A stretch of 64,000 bases of DNA from Rhodospirillales bacterium. GTDB lineage: Bacteria > Pseudomonadota > Alphaproteobacteria > Rhodospirillales > GLO-3. A program made the position numbers and the translations under genes. The notes beneath the pieces were generated by a model. The model had not been told where the DNA came from. It saw nothing but the letters and a program-made list of their open reading frames with translations, and did not search any database. This document shows positions 31,647 through 43,608 of this stretch, in pieces; the stretch's first letter is position 1, and each line of letters starts with the position of its first letter. The stretch covers positions 8,766-72,765 of the forward strand of contig PIVK01000009.1 of assembly GCA_003354135.1 (NCBI GenBank), written 5' to 3'.

Positions 31647-32318
31647 ACCAACACCTTGCCGTCAATGGCGAAATCGATTAACGCGACGCCCGCCGTTGCT
31701 GCCAAGAGGCCGTCAACCCGATCCAGGAGTCCTCCGTGCCCGGGGATCAGAGACCCGGAATCCTTGGTCTTGAGACGCCGTTTGACCCAGGATTCCAATA
31801 GATCGCCTCCTTGCGAAAGGATTCCGAGCATGCCGCTCGTCACCGCGAGCGGGAGCAAGCTCTCCTTGCCAAGGAGGCCCGCAGCGACGGTGCCTGCCGC
31901 TGCCGCCGCCGCTGCGCCGCCGATAAGCCCGGCCCAGGTCTTGTTGGGGCTGATTGACGAGGCTAGGCGCGGCCCTCCAATTAGGCGTCCTGAAATATAG
32001 GCCCCGATATCCGTCGCCCAGACCAGGACGAACAGCCAGAATATGGTCTCCCTGCCCCATTCCGGATGGCTGCGCAGCCACAGGAGGGCGAGGCACGGCA
32101 GCAGGATGTAGGGCAGGCCTACGGTGACCCACGCCGCTCGGTTGGGTGCCGACACGCACATGCGCTGCCATTCCCAGGCGAGAATCAATGCGGCAAGTCC
32201 GACCATGATTTCGAAGAAGGGCCAGCCGAGATGGACGGCAGCCAATACCGGCGGAGCAAGAACAGCGGCCGATATCGTTCGAACAGCAAGGTCGCTGGTC
32301 TTGTTTTTTGTTTCGAAT

Positions 32319-32338
<20 letters not shown>
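31637..32338 (-). CDS. cdsA: Phosphatidate cytidylyltransferase
   Basis: CTP-transferase signature 'SWVKRRLKTKDSGSLIPGHGGLLDRVD'. ATG 32338 was chosen (20-nt overlap with the uppS end); the track start at 32425 lies deep in uppS. Confidence 0.88.
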
Positions 32339-33059
<721 letters not shown>

Positions 33060-33063
33060 GGAG

Positions 33064-33636
33064 TCAGACCTGCATAATCTCTTTTTCTTTGTTGGCCAAG
33101 GACTCATCGAGCCGAAGAACGTATTCGTCCGTCAGTTTCTGGATTTCTTCGGCATAGTCGCGATGCTCGTCCTGCGAGATCTCGTGGTCTTTTTCCAGGT
33201 GTTTCAGGTCGTCCATGCCGTGTCGGCGTATATTGCGCACGGCGATACGGGCCTCTTCCGCATATTTTCCGGCGACCTTAGTCAGTTCCACGCGCCGTTC
33301 TTCGGTCAACACCGGAATCGGAATGCGGACCAACTGGCCGTCGGCGGACGGATTCAGGCCGAGGCTCGAGTCGCGGATCGCCTTCTCAACCGCCTTGACC
33401 AACCCCTTGTCCCAGACCTGCACGGTCAGCATCCGCGGTTCGGGGGCCCCAATGGAGCCTACCTGGCTAACCGGCATTTGCGAGCCATACGCATCCACCA
33501 CGATAGGGTCGAGCAGGCTTGTCGTTGCGCGGCCGGTACGCAGGCCGCCGAATTCCTTGTGCAAGACGTCTGCAGCGCCCTCCATACGGCGCTTAAGGTC
33601 TTGCTTCATGGGCTTGAAGTCAGTGGCCATGGCCAT
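33064..33636 (-). CDS. frr: Ribosome recycling factor
   Basis: About 188 aa: '[12 protein letters not shown]', '[21 protein letters not shown]', '[12 protein letters not shown]'. Confidence 0.95.
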   Translation of the reverse strand: MAMATDFKPMKQDLKRRMEGAADVLHKEFGGLRTGRATTSLLDPIVVDAYGSQMPVSQVGSIGAPEPRMLTVQVWDKGLVKAVEKAIRDSSLGLNPSADGQLVRIPIPVLTEERRVELTKVAGKYAEEARIAVRNIRRHGMDDLKHLEKDHEISQDEHRDYAEEIQKLTDEYVLRLDESLANKEKEIMQV

Positions 33637-33653
33637 CCCCCCTCGTCCTACCG

Positions 33654-34379
33654 TTATTCATCACCACTCACTACGGTAAAGTGCCCCTTGCCGAGCATCA
33701 CGTCGGCAAAGGCTCCTGGATTGTGAATGGAAAAGACCAGGATTGGAACCTTGTTTTCCCTCGCCAGCGCGATCGCCGTGGCATCCATGACCTTAAGATC
33801 CCGGGCCAGAACCTCACTGTAGCTCAAGGCGTCGAAGCGGGTGGCCGCGGGATCCGTCTTCGGGTCGGCGGAATAGACGCCATCGACCTGGGTTCCCTTG
33901 AGCAACGCATCACAGTCCATTTCGACCGCACGCAATGTCGCGGCGGTGTCGGTGGTGAAATAAGGATTGCCCGTTCCCGCGGCAAAGATGACGATTCGCC
34001 CCTCCGACAGGGCCTTGAGTGCCCGGGGACGGGAAAAAGTCTTACAGACCGGTCCCATGGGAATCGCGGATAGAACCAGGGCCGGGGCACCGCGGCTTTC
34101 CAATACACTGGCGAAGGCAAGTGCGTTCATGACCGTGGCCAGCATGCCCATGTAATCGGCGGACGAGCGTTGGATGTGGGCGGCTTGCACCGAAACACCG
34201 CGGAAAAAGTTGCCGCCGCCGATGACCAGGCACACCTCGACGCCCAAGTCGCGCACCGCCGTTACCTCGTCGGAAAAGCGGTTGACGGTTTCCGCGTGCA
34301 GGCCGAAATCGGCCGGCCCCATCAATCCTTCGCCCGACAGCTTCAGAAGGACGCGCCGGTACTTAGGCTTGGAGAACAT
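33654..34379 (-). CDS. pyrH: UMP kinase
   Basis: '[11 protein letters not shown]', '[10 protein letters not shown]', '[13 protein letters not shown]' motifs. Confidence 0.95.
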   Translation of the reverse strand: MFSKPKYRRVLLKLSGEGLMGPADFGLHAETVNRFSDEVTAVRDLGVEVCLVIGGGNFFRGVSVQAAHIQRSSADYMGMLATVMNALAFASVLESRGAPALVLSAIPMGPVCKTFSRPRALKALSEGRIVIFAAGTGNPYFTTDTAATLRAVEMDCDALLKGTQVDGVYSADPKTDPAATRFDALSYSEVLARDLKVMDATAIALARENKVPILVFSIHNPGAFADVMLGKGHFTVVSGDE

Positions 34380-34507
34380 GGCGTTTTCCGCTCCGTAATA
34401 GAGGGGTTGCGTGGTGTTAGCCGCTGATACCCGGAAAGGCGACCGGCGGCGTGATCTTACACCACCACCGCAGGCCGGTCTTCGGAAATCTGAGGTTCTC
34501 AGCCTAC

Positions 34508-35395
34508 TTAGGCCCCCGCTACGGCTGCGACCTCGGCGGCGAAGTCCTCGTCCTTTTTCTCGATTCCCTCACCCAGCTTGAAGCGGTCGAAACCGGAAAC
34601 CGTGGCGTCACCGAGGGCCTGCGAAACCGTGCTCTCACTGTCGATGACGTAGGTTTGATCAAGCAGGCAGACCTCCTCGTAGTATTTGCGCATGCGCCCT
34701 TCGATCATCTTCTCGATGATGTTTTCGGGTTTCCCGGATTCGCGGGCCTGGTCCATGAGCACCTTTCGCTCGCGCTCCAGTTCTGCCGGATCGAGTTCAT
34801 CGCGCGACACGGCCAGCGGCGTCGCGGCCGCCACATGCATGGCGATCTGCTTGCCGAGGTCGGTGCCGGCGTCGCCTTCGAGTGCCACCAGGACACCGAT
34901 CTTGCCTAGACCCGGCCCGATGGAACCATGAAGGTAGGTGCCCAGAGCGCCCCTGCTCTCCCGCACCACGGCGCGCCGTAGGCTCATGTTCTCGCCGATG
35001 GTCGAGATCAGGTGAGTCAACTCGTCCCCGACGTTACGGCCTGTGCCCGGGTAATCCGCAGCCTTGAGGGTCTCGATATTTCCGCCGCTCTCGAGCGCCA
35101 GCTTGGCCACTGTCTGAACGAACGCCTGGAAGGTCTCGTTGCGCGCCACGAAGTCGGTTTCGGCGTTGACTTCAACGATGGCGCCCCTGTTGCCGTCGAC
35201 GGCAAGCCCGATTAGGCCCTCGGAAGCCACGCGGCCGGCTTTCTTGGCGGCCGCCGCGAGGCCTTTCTTGCGTAGCCAGTCGATGGCCTGTTCCAAGTCG
35301 CCGTCGGTTTCGCCCAGTGCCTTCTTGCAGTCCATCATGCCGGCGCCGGTCTTCTCACGCAGCTCCTTGACCATGGAGGCGGTGATTGCAGCCAT
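34508..35395 (-). CDS. tsf: Translation elongation factor Ts
   Basis: '[24 protein letters not shown]' UBA-like N-terminus. Lies downstream of rpsB. Confidence 0.95.
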   Translation of the reverse strand: MAAITASMVKELREKTGAGMMDCKKALGETDGDLEQAIDWLRKKGLAAAAKKAGRVASEGLIGLAVDGNRGAIVEVNAETDFVARNETFQAFVQTVAKLALESGGNIETLKAADYPGTGRNVGDELTHLISTIGENMSLRRAVVRESRGALGTYLHGSIGPGLGKIGVLVALEGDAGTDLGKQIAMHVAAATPLAVSRDELDPAELERERKVLMDQARESGKPENIIEKMIEGRMRKYYEEVCLLDQTYVIDSESTVSQALGDATVSGFDRFKLGEGIEKKDEDFAAEVAAVAGA

Positions 35396-35452
35396 TTTGA
35401 ATCCTCGTTTTTAAAAAGTTCGTGTAAGTGTTTGTTGCAGAAGAGAAGTCCG

Positions 35453-36496
35453 TTACTCGGCCTTCTCCTCCTTGGCGGTGGGAGCCTCTTTAGCCGGAGC
35501 CTCTTCAGCCGGGGTCTCTTTGGCCGGAGCCTCTTCAGCCGAGGGCTCTTTAGCCGGAGCCTCTTCAGCCGAGGGCTCTTTAGCCGGAGCCTCTTCAGCC
35601 GGGGGCTCTTTGGCCAGAGCCTCTTCAGCAGAGGTCTCTTTGGCCGGGGCCTCTTCGGCGGCCGGGGTCGTTTCCTTCGTGGAGGCCTCCTCCGTGGGGG
35701 TATCCTTTATGGACGGGGTGGCACTTTCCTTTGCGGTTTGCTCCGGCAATGCCTCGGCGGGAACTTCTTCGGCCTCACCCAAATCGGCGCCAGATGCGCT
35801 CATCTCGTCCTGGATACCCGTCAGAACGGTTCGGGTCACCAAGTCGCAATAGGTCCCAATGGCCCGGATGGCATCATCATTGCCCGGGATGGGATAGGTG
35901 ATTCCTTGTGGGTTGGAGTTGCTGTCGAGCACCGCCACCACCGGAATTTTCAACTTGTTCGCCTCGGCGATAGCAATGCCTTCCTTGTTGGTGTCGATGA
36001 CGAACAGGATGTCGGGCAGGCCACCCATATCCTTGATGCCGCCCAGTGCCCGTTCCAGCTTGTCGCGTTCGCGAGTCAGCTGCAGTGTTTCCTTCTTCGT
36101 CATGCCTGTGCTCTCTTGGCCGAGTTGATCGTCCAGATCCTTGAGCCGTTTAATGGAATTGGAGATGGTTGACCAATTGGTCATCATGCCGCCGAGCCAG
36201 CGGTGATTGACATAAAACTGGCCGCACTTCTTGGCCGCTTCCGCGAGTTGCTCGCTGGCGGAACGCTTGGTGCCGACAAACAGCACCCGGCCCCCGGCGG
36301 CGACGATGTCATGGACGGCCTGCAGGGCTTGGCCCAGCATGGGAACCGTTTGGCCAAGGTCGATGATGTGGATCCCGTTGCGTTCCCCGAAGATATAGGG
36401 TGCCATCTTGGGATTCCAGCGCCGCGTGTTGTGGCCGAAGTGGATGCCGGCTTCCAGAAGCTGGCGCATGGTGAATGCGGGAATGTTCGTGGACAT
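35453..36496 (-). CDS. rpsB: 30S ribosomal protein S2 with a ~95-aa repetitive acidic C-terminal extension
   Basis: S2 core: '[13 protein letters not shown]', '[11 protein letters not shown]', '[12 protein letters not shown]'. The core ends near aa 250 and is followed by (A-E-E-A-P-A-K-E-x-x)n. Confidence 0.93.
   Translation of the reverse strand: MSTNIPAFTMRQLLEAGIHFGHNTRRWNPKMAPYIFGERNGIHIIDLGQTVPMLGQALQAVHDIVAAGGRVLFVGTKRSASEQLAEAAKKCGQFYVNHRWLGGMMTNWSTISNSIKRLKDLDDQLGQESTGMTKKETLQLTRERDKLERALGGIKDMGGLPDILFVIDTNKEGIAIAEANKLKIPVVAVLDSNSNPQGITYPIPGNDDAIRAIGTYCDLVTRTVLTGIQDEMSASGADLGEAEEVPAEALPEQTAKESATPSIKDTPTEEASTKETTPAAEEAPAKETSAEEALAKEPPAEEAPAKEPSAEEAPAKEPSAEEAPAKETPAEEAPAKEAPTAKEEKAE
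35481..35665 (-). repeat. In-frame 30-bp tandem repeat, about 6 copies, inside the 3' end of rpsB
   Basis: Plus-strand unit 'tagccggagcctcttcagccgagggctctt' recurs at 35491, 35521, 35551, 35581, 35611 and 35641 (partial), with 0-5 mismatches. It encodes [10 protein letters not shown]-type decapeptides. Confidence 0.9.
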
Positions 36497-36665
36497 TAGT
36501 CCTTAATCCTTTTCCGGTTATGCCTCCGCGGGTCTTGAGTCCGGGATATCCCGGACACCGGAGCGACACGTTCGACGAATTTGCGCCGAAAGCCGCGAGC
36601 CCGCGTGCGTGATGAAGGCGGTTATCTAGCGCCCCGACCCTGGGAATGCAAGGGAAAAGGCACTT

Positions 36666-39600
36666 TCATATCTCCTCCACCCCCGTGATTCCCGGGATCT
36701 CGCGGATGGCGGTGAGCACGGCTGGGGAAATGGTATAGCTGTCCGGTAGTCTGTATACGACTTCGAGCCCATTATCGAGATGGGAGACAAGGTGCACCAT
36801 CCCCCTTCCGCCGTTCCCCCTGGCCTCGGCCAGCGCCTGGCTGAGGGCTGGGAGGGGGCCCCGATCGTCGATACGGACCTGGAGGCCCACGGCGACCCGC
36901 GCCGTCACCCGGTCGAGAAGTTCTACTGAGTTGGCGGTGAAACGCGCCGTTTCGCTTTCGAACTGAACGCTGCCCTTGATGAACAGCGAGTTCCCCGCCT
37001 CCAGAACGTTGCTGGCTTGGGCCAAAGTCTCGGAGAACATGGTGACTTCGAAGATGCCCGAGGTGTCCGACAGGGTCACGAAGGCATAGCGGCTACCCTT
37101 TGCGGATGTGCGTTCCTTCTTGGTGATCACGGTGCCTGCCAGACTTACCGGCTTGGTCAGCCCTTCGCGGATGATGTCGCCCGAGGTCTCGACCCCGAGC
37201 CGGTGCAGGCTCTTGGCGTAGGCATCCAGTGGGTGCCCCGAGAGGTAGAATCCGACCGCTGCCGCCTCCTCGTTGAGGCGATCCATGTACGGCCAGTCGG
37301 GAACGTCGGGGAGCTTGAAGGGCGTGGCCGCTGCGGAGTCTCCGCCAAACAACCCGATTTGGCCCGAGGTGCGCTCCGCCTGGGCGGCGCTGGCGTGCCC
37401 CAGAATGGTCTCCAGTCCCCCGAAGACTTGACGGCGGTTGGAATTGAGGCTGTCCAGCGTCCCGGCGCGCACCAGGCTCTCCATCTGGCGTTTGTTGACC
37501 TGTTTGGTATCCAGCCGGTCGGCGAGGTCGCTGAGGCTCTTGAATGGGCCGTTCGCTTCTCGTTCCGCGACCAGCGCCGTCATGGCCGCCTCGCCCACGT
37601 TCTTGACTGCGGCGAGGCCGTAGCGCACCCCCTGCGTCTCCCCTTCCCCATCGCGTTCCACCGTGAAGGCGACGCCCGAGGCGTTGATGTCGGGGGGTAG
37701 CATGTCGATCCCGAGGCGCCGCAAATCCTCGCGGAAGCCGTTGAGTTTGTCGGTGTTGTTGAGGTCCAGGCACATGGTTGCGGCCATGAACTCGGCCGGA
37801 TGATTGGCCTTGAGATAGGCCGTCTGATAGGCGATCAGCGCATAGGACGAGGCGTGGGATTTGTTGAAGCCGTAGCCGGCAAACTTGTTCACCTGATCGA
37901 AGATATCATCCGCCTTCTGCCCCGGCACCCCCTTGGCCTCGGCGCCTTCGACGAAGATCCTGCGCTGTTTGTCCATCTCCTCCTGGATCTTCTTGCTCAT
38001 GGCGCGGCACAACAGGTCCGCGGCGCCCAGCGTATACCCGGACAATTCCTGGGCGATCTGCATCACCTGCTCTTGGTAGATCATGATGCCGAAGGTCTCC
38101 TTCAGGATTCCTTCCAGGGTCGGGTAGAGATAGTCGGGTTCCTCCTCACCATGCTTGCGGCGGATATAGCTGGGGATGTTGTCCATGGGACCGGGGCGGT
38201 AGAGCGCCACCACGGCGACGATGTCCTTGAAGGCGTCGGGCTTGAGGCTTCCCAGTACGTCCTGCATGCCCGTGCTTTCCAACTGAAACACGCCGGCCGT
38301 CTCGCGCCGGGTCAGCATCTTGTAGGTCTCGGCATCGTCCAGCGGGATGGTGGAGAGGTCGATCTCGATCCCCTTCTCGGCGATGAACCTGACGGCGGTG
38401 GAAAGCACGGTCAGGGTCTTTAGCCCCAGGAAGTCGAACTTCACCAGGCCGGCGCTCTCGACGAATTTCATGTTGAAGCCGGTCACGGGCATGTCGGAGC
38501 GGGGGTCTCGGTAGAGCGGGATCAATTCGTCAAGCGGTCGATCGCCGATCACCACGCCCGCGGCGTGGGTCGAGGCGTGACGGTAGAGGCCTTCGAGCCG
38601 GCGGGCTATGCCGATCAGGCGGTCAACCTGCGGGTCCTCGTCCGTCAACTGCTTCAATTGCGGCTCGGCCACCAGGGCTTGATCGAGAGTCACCGGGCTG
38701 GCCGGGTTGTTGGGGACCAGTTTGCAGATTTTATCGACGTAGCCGTAGGGTATCTCCATCACCCGTCCCACGTCGCGCAGCACCGCGCGGGCCTGCAGCT
38801 TTCCAAAGGTGATGATCTGGGCCACGTGGTCGCGGCCGTATTTCTCCTGCACGTAGCGGATCACCTCGTCGCGGCGATCCTGGCAGAAATCGATGTCGAA
38901 GTCGGGCATCGATACGCGTTCCGGATTGAGGAAGCGTTCGAACAGCAATCCCCAGCGTAGCGGGTCTAGGTCGGTGATGGTCAGCGCCCAGGCGACCACC
39001 GAGCCCGCACCCGAGCCGCGCCCCGGGCCTACCGGAATGCCGTGCTCCTTGGCCCACTTGATGAAGTCGGAGACGATGAGAAAGTAGCCCGGGAAGCCCA
39101 TTTCGATGATCACTTCGATCTCGTACTCCAGGCGTTCGCGGTAGGGTTTGGCTGCCTGGTTCCGCTCGTCGTCGCTCATGCCCTGCGTAAAAATCAGGGC
39201 CTCTAGGCGTTTCTCCAACCCCTCGCGGGACAGGGCATGCAGTTCGTCCTCCTCCGAACGCCCTTCCCCGCAGTCGTACAGGGGCAGCAGGGGCTTAATG
39301 CTTTCGACCATGAAAGCGCAGCGTTTGGCGACGACGAGGGTGTTGTCCACCGCCTCGGGCAGGTCGGCGAACAGTTCGCGCATCTCGGCCGCCGACCTAA
39401 AGTAATGCGCGGGCGTCAGGCGGCGGCGCTCGCTCTGGGAGAGGTAGGTGCTCTCGGCGATGCAGATCAGCGCGTCGTGGGCCTCGTACATATCCTTGGT
39501 CGGAAAGAAGGCCTCGTTGGTGGCGACCAGAGGCAGGTTGTGGTCGTAGGCGAGGTTGATGAAGGCGTCCTCGGTCAGGTGCTCGGGCTCGGTCCCATGG

Positions 39601-40151
39601 CGCATGATCTCGATATAGAGGCGCCCCGGGAAGGCTGCCTTCAGCCGCTCCAGCACGTCCACGGCATCGTCTTTCTGTCCTTCGGCCAGGAGCCGGCCCA
39701 CCGGGCCCGCCGGACCGCCCGAAAGCGCGATCAGGCCCTTCGAATAGCCGGCGATGTCGTCTAGGGTCACCTGCGGGTCCGATGCGTCCTCGCTGCCCAT
39801 GTAGGCGATGCCGAGCAGTTTCAGCAGGTTGCGGTAACCGGCGTCGTCCTGGCACAGGAGCACCATCCGGTCCGTCGTGCGGACGGCGACGCGCTTGGCG
39901 GCCCCGGCCCCCTTCTCGCCTTGGCCTTCCGGCGCGATGGCAATCTGGCAGCCGATGATGGGCTGGATCCCGGCCTTCGCACAGGCCTCCGAGAATTCCA
40001 ACGCGCCGAAGATGTTGTTGGTGTCGGTCATGGCGACGGCCGGCATGCCGAGGTCCTTGCAGAGCCCCGGCAGATCCTTCACCCGGATCGCCCCCTCGGA
40101 GAGCGAATAGGCGGTATGGACCCGGAGATGAATAAAATCGGCGTGCGTCAT
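36666..40151 (-). CDS. dnaE: DNA polymerase III alpha subunit
   Basis: PHP domain 'FIHLRVHTAYSLSEGA', 'PGRGSGAGSVVAWAL', 'FDFLGLKTLT', C-terminal OB fold. ATG 40151 ('MTHADF') gives 1161 aa. Confidence 0.95.
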   Translation of the reverse strand: MTHADFIHLRVHTAYSLSEGAIRVKDLPGLCKDLGMPAVAMTDTNNIFGALEFSEACAKAGIQPIIGCQIAIAPEGQGEKGAGAAKRVAVRTTDRMVLLCQDDAGYRNLLKLLGIAYMGSEDASDPQVTLDDIAGYSKGLIALSGGPAGPVGRLLAEGQKDDAVDVLERLKAAFPGRLYIEIMRHGTEPEHLTEDAFINLAYDHNLPLVATNEAFFPTKDMYEAHDALICIAESTYLSQSERRRLTPAHYFRSAAEMRELFADLPEAVDNTLVVAKRCAFMVESIKPLLPLYDCGEGRSEEDELHALSREGLEKRLEALIFTQGMSDDERNQAAKPYRERLEYEIEVIIEMGFPGYFLIVSDFIKWAKEHGIPVGPGRGSGAGSVVAWALTITDLDPLRWGLLFERFLNPERVSMPDFDIDFCQDRRDEVIRYVQEKYGRDHVAQIITFGKLQARAVLRDVGRVMEIPYGYVDKICKLVPNNPASPVTLDQALVAEPQLKQLTDEDPQVDRLIGIARRLEGLYRHASTHAAGVVIGDRPLDELIPLYRDPRSDMPVTGFNMKFVESAGLVKFDFLGLKTLTVLSTAVRFIAEKGIEIDLSTIPLDDAETYKMLTRRETAGVFQLESTGMQDVLGSLKPDAFKDIVAVVALYRPGPMDNIPSYIRRKHGEEEPDYLYPTLEGILKETFGIMIYQEQVMQIAQELSGYTLGAADLLCRAMSKKIQEEMDKQRRIFVEGAEAKGVPGQKADDIFDQVNKFAGYGFNKSHASSYALIAYQTAYLKANHPAEFMAATMCLDLNNTDKLNGFREDLRRLGIDMLPPDINASGVAFTVERDGEGETQGVRYGLAAVKNVGEAAMTALVAEREANGPFKSLSDLADRLDTKQVNKRQMESLVRAGTLDSLNSNRRQVFGGLETILGHASAAQAERTSGQIGLFGGDSAAATPFKLPDVPDWPYMDRLNEEAAAVGFYLSGHPLDAYAKSLHRLGVETSGDIIREGLTKPVSLAGTVITKKERTSAKGSRYAFVTLSDTSGIFEVTMFSETLAQASNVLEAGNSLFIKGSVQFESETARFTANSVELLDRVTARVAVGLQVRIDDRGPLPALSQALAEARGNGGRGMVHLVSHLDNGLEVVYRLPDSYTISPAVLTAIREIPGITGVEEI

Positions 40152-40253
40152 GGGGGGGAGAATTCCACAATCGGGCCCAGGTGTCAGCAAGGGGTTATCC
40201 ACATCGGACCGGAAAAGATAAACAGGATGGCGAAAGACCTGACCGCTTTACCT

Positions 40254-40952
40254 TTAGACGAGAATCCCCTCCTCCAACCTGACGATCCGGTCCATCCGTT
40301 TGGCCAGGTCGGAGTTATGGGTGGCGACGACGGCTGCCAGGCCGGCGTCGCGGGCCAAGTCCATGAACATCTGGAAGACGTCGTCCGCCGTGTGGGGGTC
40401 GAGATTGCCGGTGGGTTCGTCGGCGAGCAGGATATTGGGCGCGTTGGCGAGCGCGCGGGCGATGGCCACCCGCTGTTGTTCGCCGCCCGAAAGCCGCGCC
40501 GGGCGATGGCTGGCACGCTCCGACAGACCCAAGTAGTCCAAAAGTTCCTGAGCCCGCTTTTTTGCCTCGCCCCGGCGCATGCCGGCCATGATCTGAGGGA
40601 TGATAATGTTTTCGAGCGCCGAAAACTCGGCCAACAGGTGGTGGTACTGGTAGATGAAACCCATGGTGTGACGCCGGAGCGTGGTCCGCCTGTCGTCGCC
40701 GATGCGGGCCGCGTCCTCGCCCTTCACGCGTACCTCGCCGCCGTCGGGACGCTCCAGCAGGCCCGCGACGTGCAAGAGCGTCGACTTTCCCGAGCCCGAG
40801 GGGCCGGCCAGGGCCACGATCTCGCCCTCCCGCACCTTCAGGTCGACGCCGTTGAGCACGTGGAGTTCAGAGCGCCCCTGGCGGAAGGTGCGCTTGACCG
40901 CGTCCAGTTCCAGGACCACGGGATCCAGGGCGTTGTCGTCGACGTTACTCAT
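40254..40952 (-). CDS. lolD: Lipoprotein-releasing system ATP-binding protein
   Basis: Walker A 'GPSGSGKST', signature '[15 protein letters not shown]', Walker B '[12 protein letters not shown]'. ATG 40952 overlaps the lolC stop by 8 nt. Confidence 0.9.
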   Translation of the reverse strand: MSNVDDNALDPVVLELDAVKRTFRQGRSELHVLNGVDLKVREGEIVALAGPSGSGKSTLLHVAGLLERPDGGEVRVKGEDAARIGDDRRTTLRRHTMGFIYQYHHLLAEFSALENIIIPQIMAGMRRGEAKKRAQELLDYLGLSERASHRPARLSGGEQQRVAIARALANAPNILLADEPTGNLDPHTADDVFQMFMDLARDAGLAAVVATHNSDLAKRMDRIVRLEEGILV

Positions 40953-42189
40953 ACCTGAGCGCCTCCGCCGGATCGATGCGTGCCGCGCGCCAGGAGGGGT
41001 AGAGGGTGGCAAGAACGCTGAGGCCGATGCCCATCATGACCACGGAGAGGACCTCGTCCGGATCGACGATGGCCGGCAACTGAGAGAGAAAATAAATTTC
41101 GGCCGCGAACAGCTCGGTCCCCGTCAGGCCCTGGAGCCATTGGCGGATGGTCTCGATGTTCTCGGTGAAGGCCAGGCCGAGCCCGAACCCGGCAAGCGTC
41201 CCGATGACCCCGATCGAAGTGCCGGAGAGGAAGAACACCCGCATGATCATGCCCCGCGTCGCCCCCATGGTGCGCAGGATGGCGATATCGCGGTTCTTGT
41301 CCTTCACCAGCATGATCATGCTGGAGATGATGTTGAAGGCCGCCACCAGGATGATCAGCGTCAGGATCAGGAACATGACGTTGCGTTCCACCTGTAACGC
41401 GTTGAAGAAGCTGGCGTTGGCGTGTTGCCAGTCATAAATCCGCATGCCGCCGCCCAAGGCCTCGGCGATGCGGCTTGTCGCACGGTCTGCGTCATCGATG
41501 TTGTCGATGAAGACCTCCAGGTTGTTCACCCTCTTGGGCAGCTTGAAGTAGATCTGTGCGGATTCCAAAGGCATGAAGATAAACCCGGAATCGTATTCGA
41601 ACATGCCGATGTGGAAGGTGGCTGCGATGCGGTAGGTGCGCATGCGGGGCACGGTTCCGAAAGCCGTCGTCGAGCCCTTGGAAGAAATCAGGGTAATCTT
41701 GTCGCCCGCCGTCAGTCCCAGTTTTCCGGCCAGACGCCCACCCACCAAGACCGTATCGTTGCCCTTGAGGTGGGAGAGATCCCCGGCCGAGATGTTCTGG
41801 GTGATGATTTCGCGTGCCTTCATATCCTCGATGCGCATGCCGCGCACCACCGCGCCGGAGGCCACGCCGCGCGCCGTTGCCATGACCTGGCCCTCGATCA
41901 GCGGTGTTACCCTCTTGATTCCCGACAGGCTGCGGATCTTGTCGGCCAGTGGGTCGTAATTCTCCAGCACGTTCGCCTGGCCGTAGACCGAGAGGTGGCC
42001 GTTGACTCCCAGGATACGCTCCAGCAGTTCTTCGCGGAAGCCGTTCATGACGCTCATGACGATGATCAGCGTCGCGACGCCCAGGGCGATTCCCAGAAGC
42101 GAGAACCAGGCGATGACCGAGATGAAGCCCTCCTGCCTCCGGGCCCGGAGGTAACGCATGGCCATCATCCATTCGAATCGGGAGAACAT
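40945..42189 (-). CDS. lolC: Lipoprotein-releasing system transmembrane permease (LolC/LolE family)
   Basis: 'FEWMMAMRYLRARR', MacB-like periplasmic domain, C-terminal FtsX domain. Immediately upstream of lolD. Confidence 0.88.
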   Translation of the reverse strand: MFSRFEWMMAMRYLRARRQEGFISVIAWFSLLGIALGVATLIIVMSVMNGFREELLERILGVNGHLSVYGQANVLENYDPLADKIRSLSGIKRVTPLIEGQVMATARGVASGAVVRGMRIEDMKAREIITQNISAGDLSHLKGNDTVLVGGRLAGKLGLTAGDKITLISSKGSTTAFGTVPRMRTYRIAATFHIGMFEYDSGFIFMPLESAQIYFKLPKRVNNLEVFIDNIDDADRATSRIAEALGGGMRIYDWQHANASFFNALQVERNVMFLILTLIILVAAFNIISSMIMLVKDKNRDIAILRTMGATRGMIMRVFFLSGTSIGVIGTLAGFGLGLAFTENIETIRQWLQGLTGTELFAAEIYFLSQLPAIVDPDEVLSVVMMGIGLSVLATLYPSWRAARIDPAEALRYE

Positions 42190-42204
42190 GCCTTGCCGCC
42201 TCCC

Positions 42205-43515
42205 CTACCCGGCAAACCGGTCGGCAATGCCCGTGACCGGCATCTCTTCCTTCTCGCCGGTCTTACGGTTCTTGACCTCGGCGATGCCGTTCGCCAAGCC
42301 CCTGGGTCCGATCACCACCTGCCAAGGCAGGCCGATCAGGTCCATGTCGGCGAACTTAGGCCCGGCGCGCAACGCCCTGTCGTCGTAGAGCACCTCGACG
42401 CCCGCCTTCCGGAGCTGGGAATAGAGGTCGTCGCAGGCCGTATCGCAGGCGTCGTCCCCGGACTTCAGGTTGATCAGCCCCACCGTGAAAGGCGCCACGC
42501 TCTCGGGCCAGATGATGCCGTTCTCGTCGTGAGAAGACTCGATGATACCGCCCACGAGGCGCGAGACACCGATGCCGTAGGACCCCATTTCGAGGGGGAC
42601 GCCCTCGCCGTCGGGGCCGTTGACCACGGCGTTCATGGACTGGGAATACTTGGTGCCGAAATAGAAGATGTGCCCTACCTCTATGCCGCGCGCGGTGACC
42701 AGGGCGTCTCCGATTTGGGCCGCGCGCACTTCGTCGTACTTCTCGTCGGTGGCGGCATAAAGCGACGTCCACTTATCGACGACGGGCTGCAGGTCGCCCT
42801 GATAGTCGACGTCGTCCGGCACATCGAATCCCAGCAGGTCCTTATGACACTGGACCTTGGTCTCGCCGGTGTCGGCCAGGATGATGAACTCGTGGCTCAT
42901 GTCGCCGCCGATGGGGCCGCTCTCGGCCTGCATGGGCACCGCCTTGAGCCCCATGCGCTGGAAAGTCCGGAGATAGGAGACGAACATGCGGTTATAGGAC
43001 CGTCGGGCGTCATCCTTGGTCAGGTCGAAGGAGTAGCCGTCCTTCATCAGGAATTCGCGTCCGCGCATGATGCCGAAACGGGGGCGGATCTCGTCGCGGA
43101 ACTTCCAGTGGATCTGGTAGAGCATCTGCGGCAGGTCTTTGTACGACCGGATCGAGCCGCGGAAGATGTCGGTGATCTGTTCCTCCGCCGTGGGACCGTA
43201 GAGCATCTCGCGATCGTGCCTGTCCGTGATGCGAAGCATCTCGGGGCCGTAGGCGTCATAGCGTTCGCTTTCCCGCCACAGGTCGGCCGATTGGATGGTC
43301 GGCATCAACACTTCCTGGGACCCGGCGATGTCCTGCTCCTCGCGGACGATCCGTTCGATCTTCTTCAGGACGCGATAGCCCAGCGGCAGCCACGAATAGA
43401 TGCCGGCCGAGGCCTGGCGGATCATGCCGGCGCGCAGCATCAGCCGGTGCGAGACGATCTGCGCCTCGGATGGCGTCTCCTTGAGTGTCGGCATAAAGAA
43501 ACGGGACAGTCGCAT
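42205..43515 (-). CDS. proS: Prolyl-tRNA synthetase (short type, without the INS editing insertion)
   Basis: '[18 protein letters not shown]', class II motifs, 436 aa. Confidence 0.93.
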   Translation of the reverse strand: MRLSRFFMPTLKETPSEAQIVSHRLMLRAGMIRQASAGIYSWLPLGYRVLKKIERIVREEQDIAGSQEVLMPTIQSADLWRESERYDAYGPEMLRITDRHDREMLYGPTAEEQITDIFRGSIRSYKDLPQMLYQIHWKFRDEIRPRFGIMRGREFLMKDGYSFDLTKDDARRSYNRMFVSYLRTFQRMGLKAVPMQAESGPIGGDMSHEFIILADTGETKVQCHKDLLGFDVPDDVDYQGDLQPVVDKWTSLYAATDEKYDEVRAAQIGDALVTARGIEVGHIFYFGTKYSQSMNAVVNGPDGEGVPLEMGSYGIGVSRLVGGIIESSHDENGIIWPESVAPFTVGLINLKSGDDACDTACDDLYSQLRKAGVEVLYDDRALRAGPKFADMDLIGLPWQVVIGPRGLANGIAEVKNRKTGEKEEMPVTGIADRFAG

Positions 43516-43608
43516 GGAAAACGCCTCGCACAGGGGGTATCGATCCGGGAATCCGATGGCGCGAACTCTAAGCGATGCCCGGCGTTAACTCAACGGGGAA
43601 AGGAGGCG

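Noticed and set aside
35481-35665. Regular 30-bp repeats that could superficially suggest a CRISPR-like array
   Set aside because: The repeats are directly tandem with no unique spacers. They lie in frame inside rpsB, encode a decapeptide repeat, and no cas genes are present.
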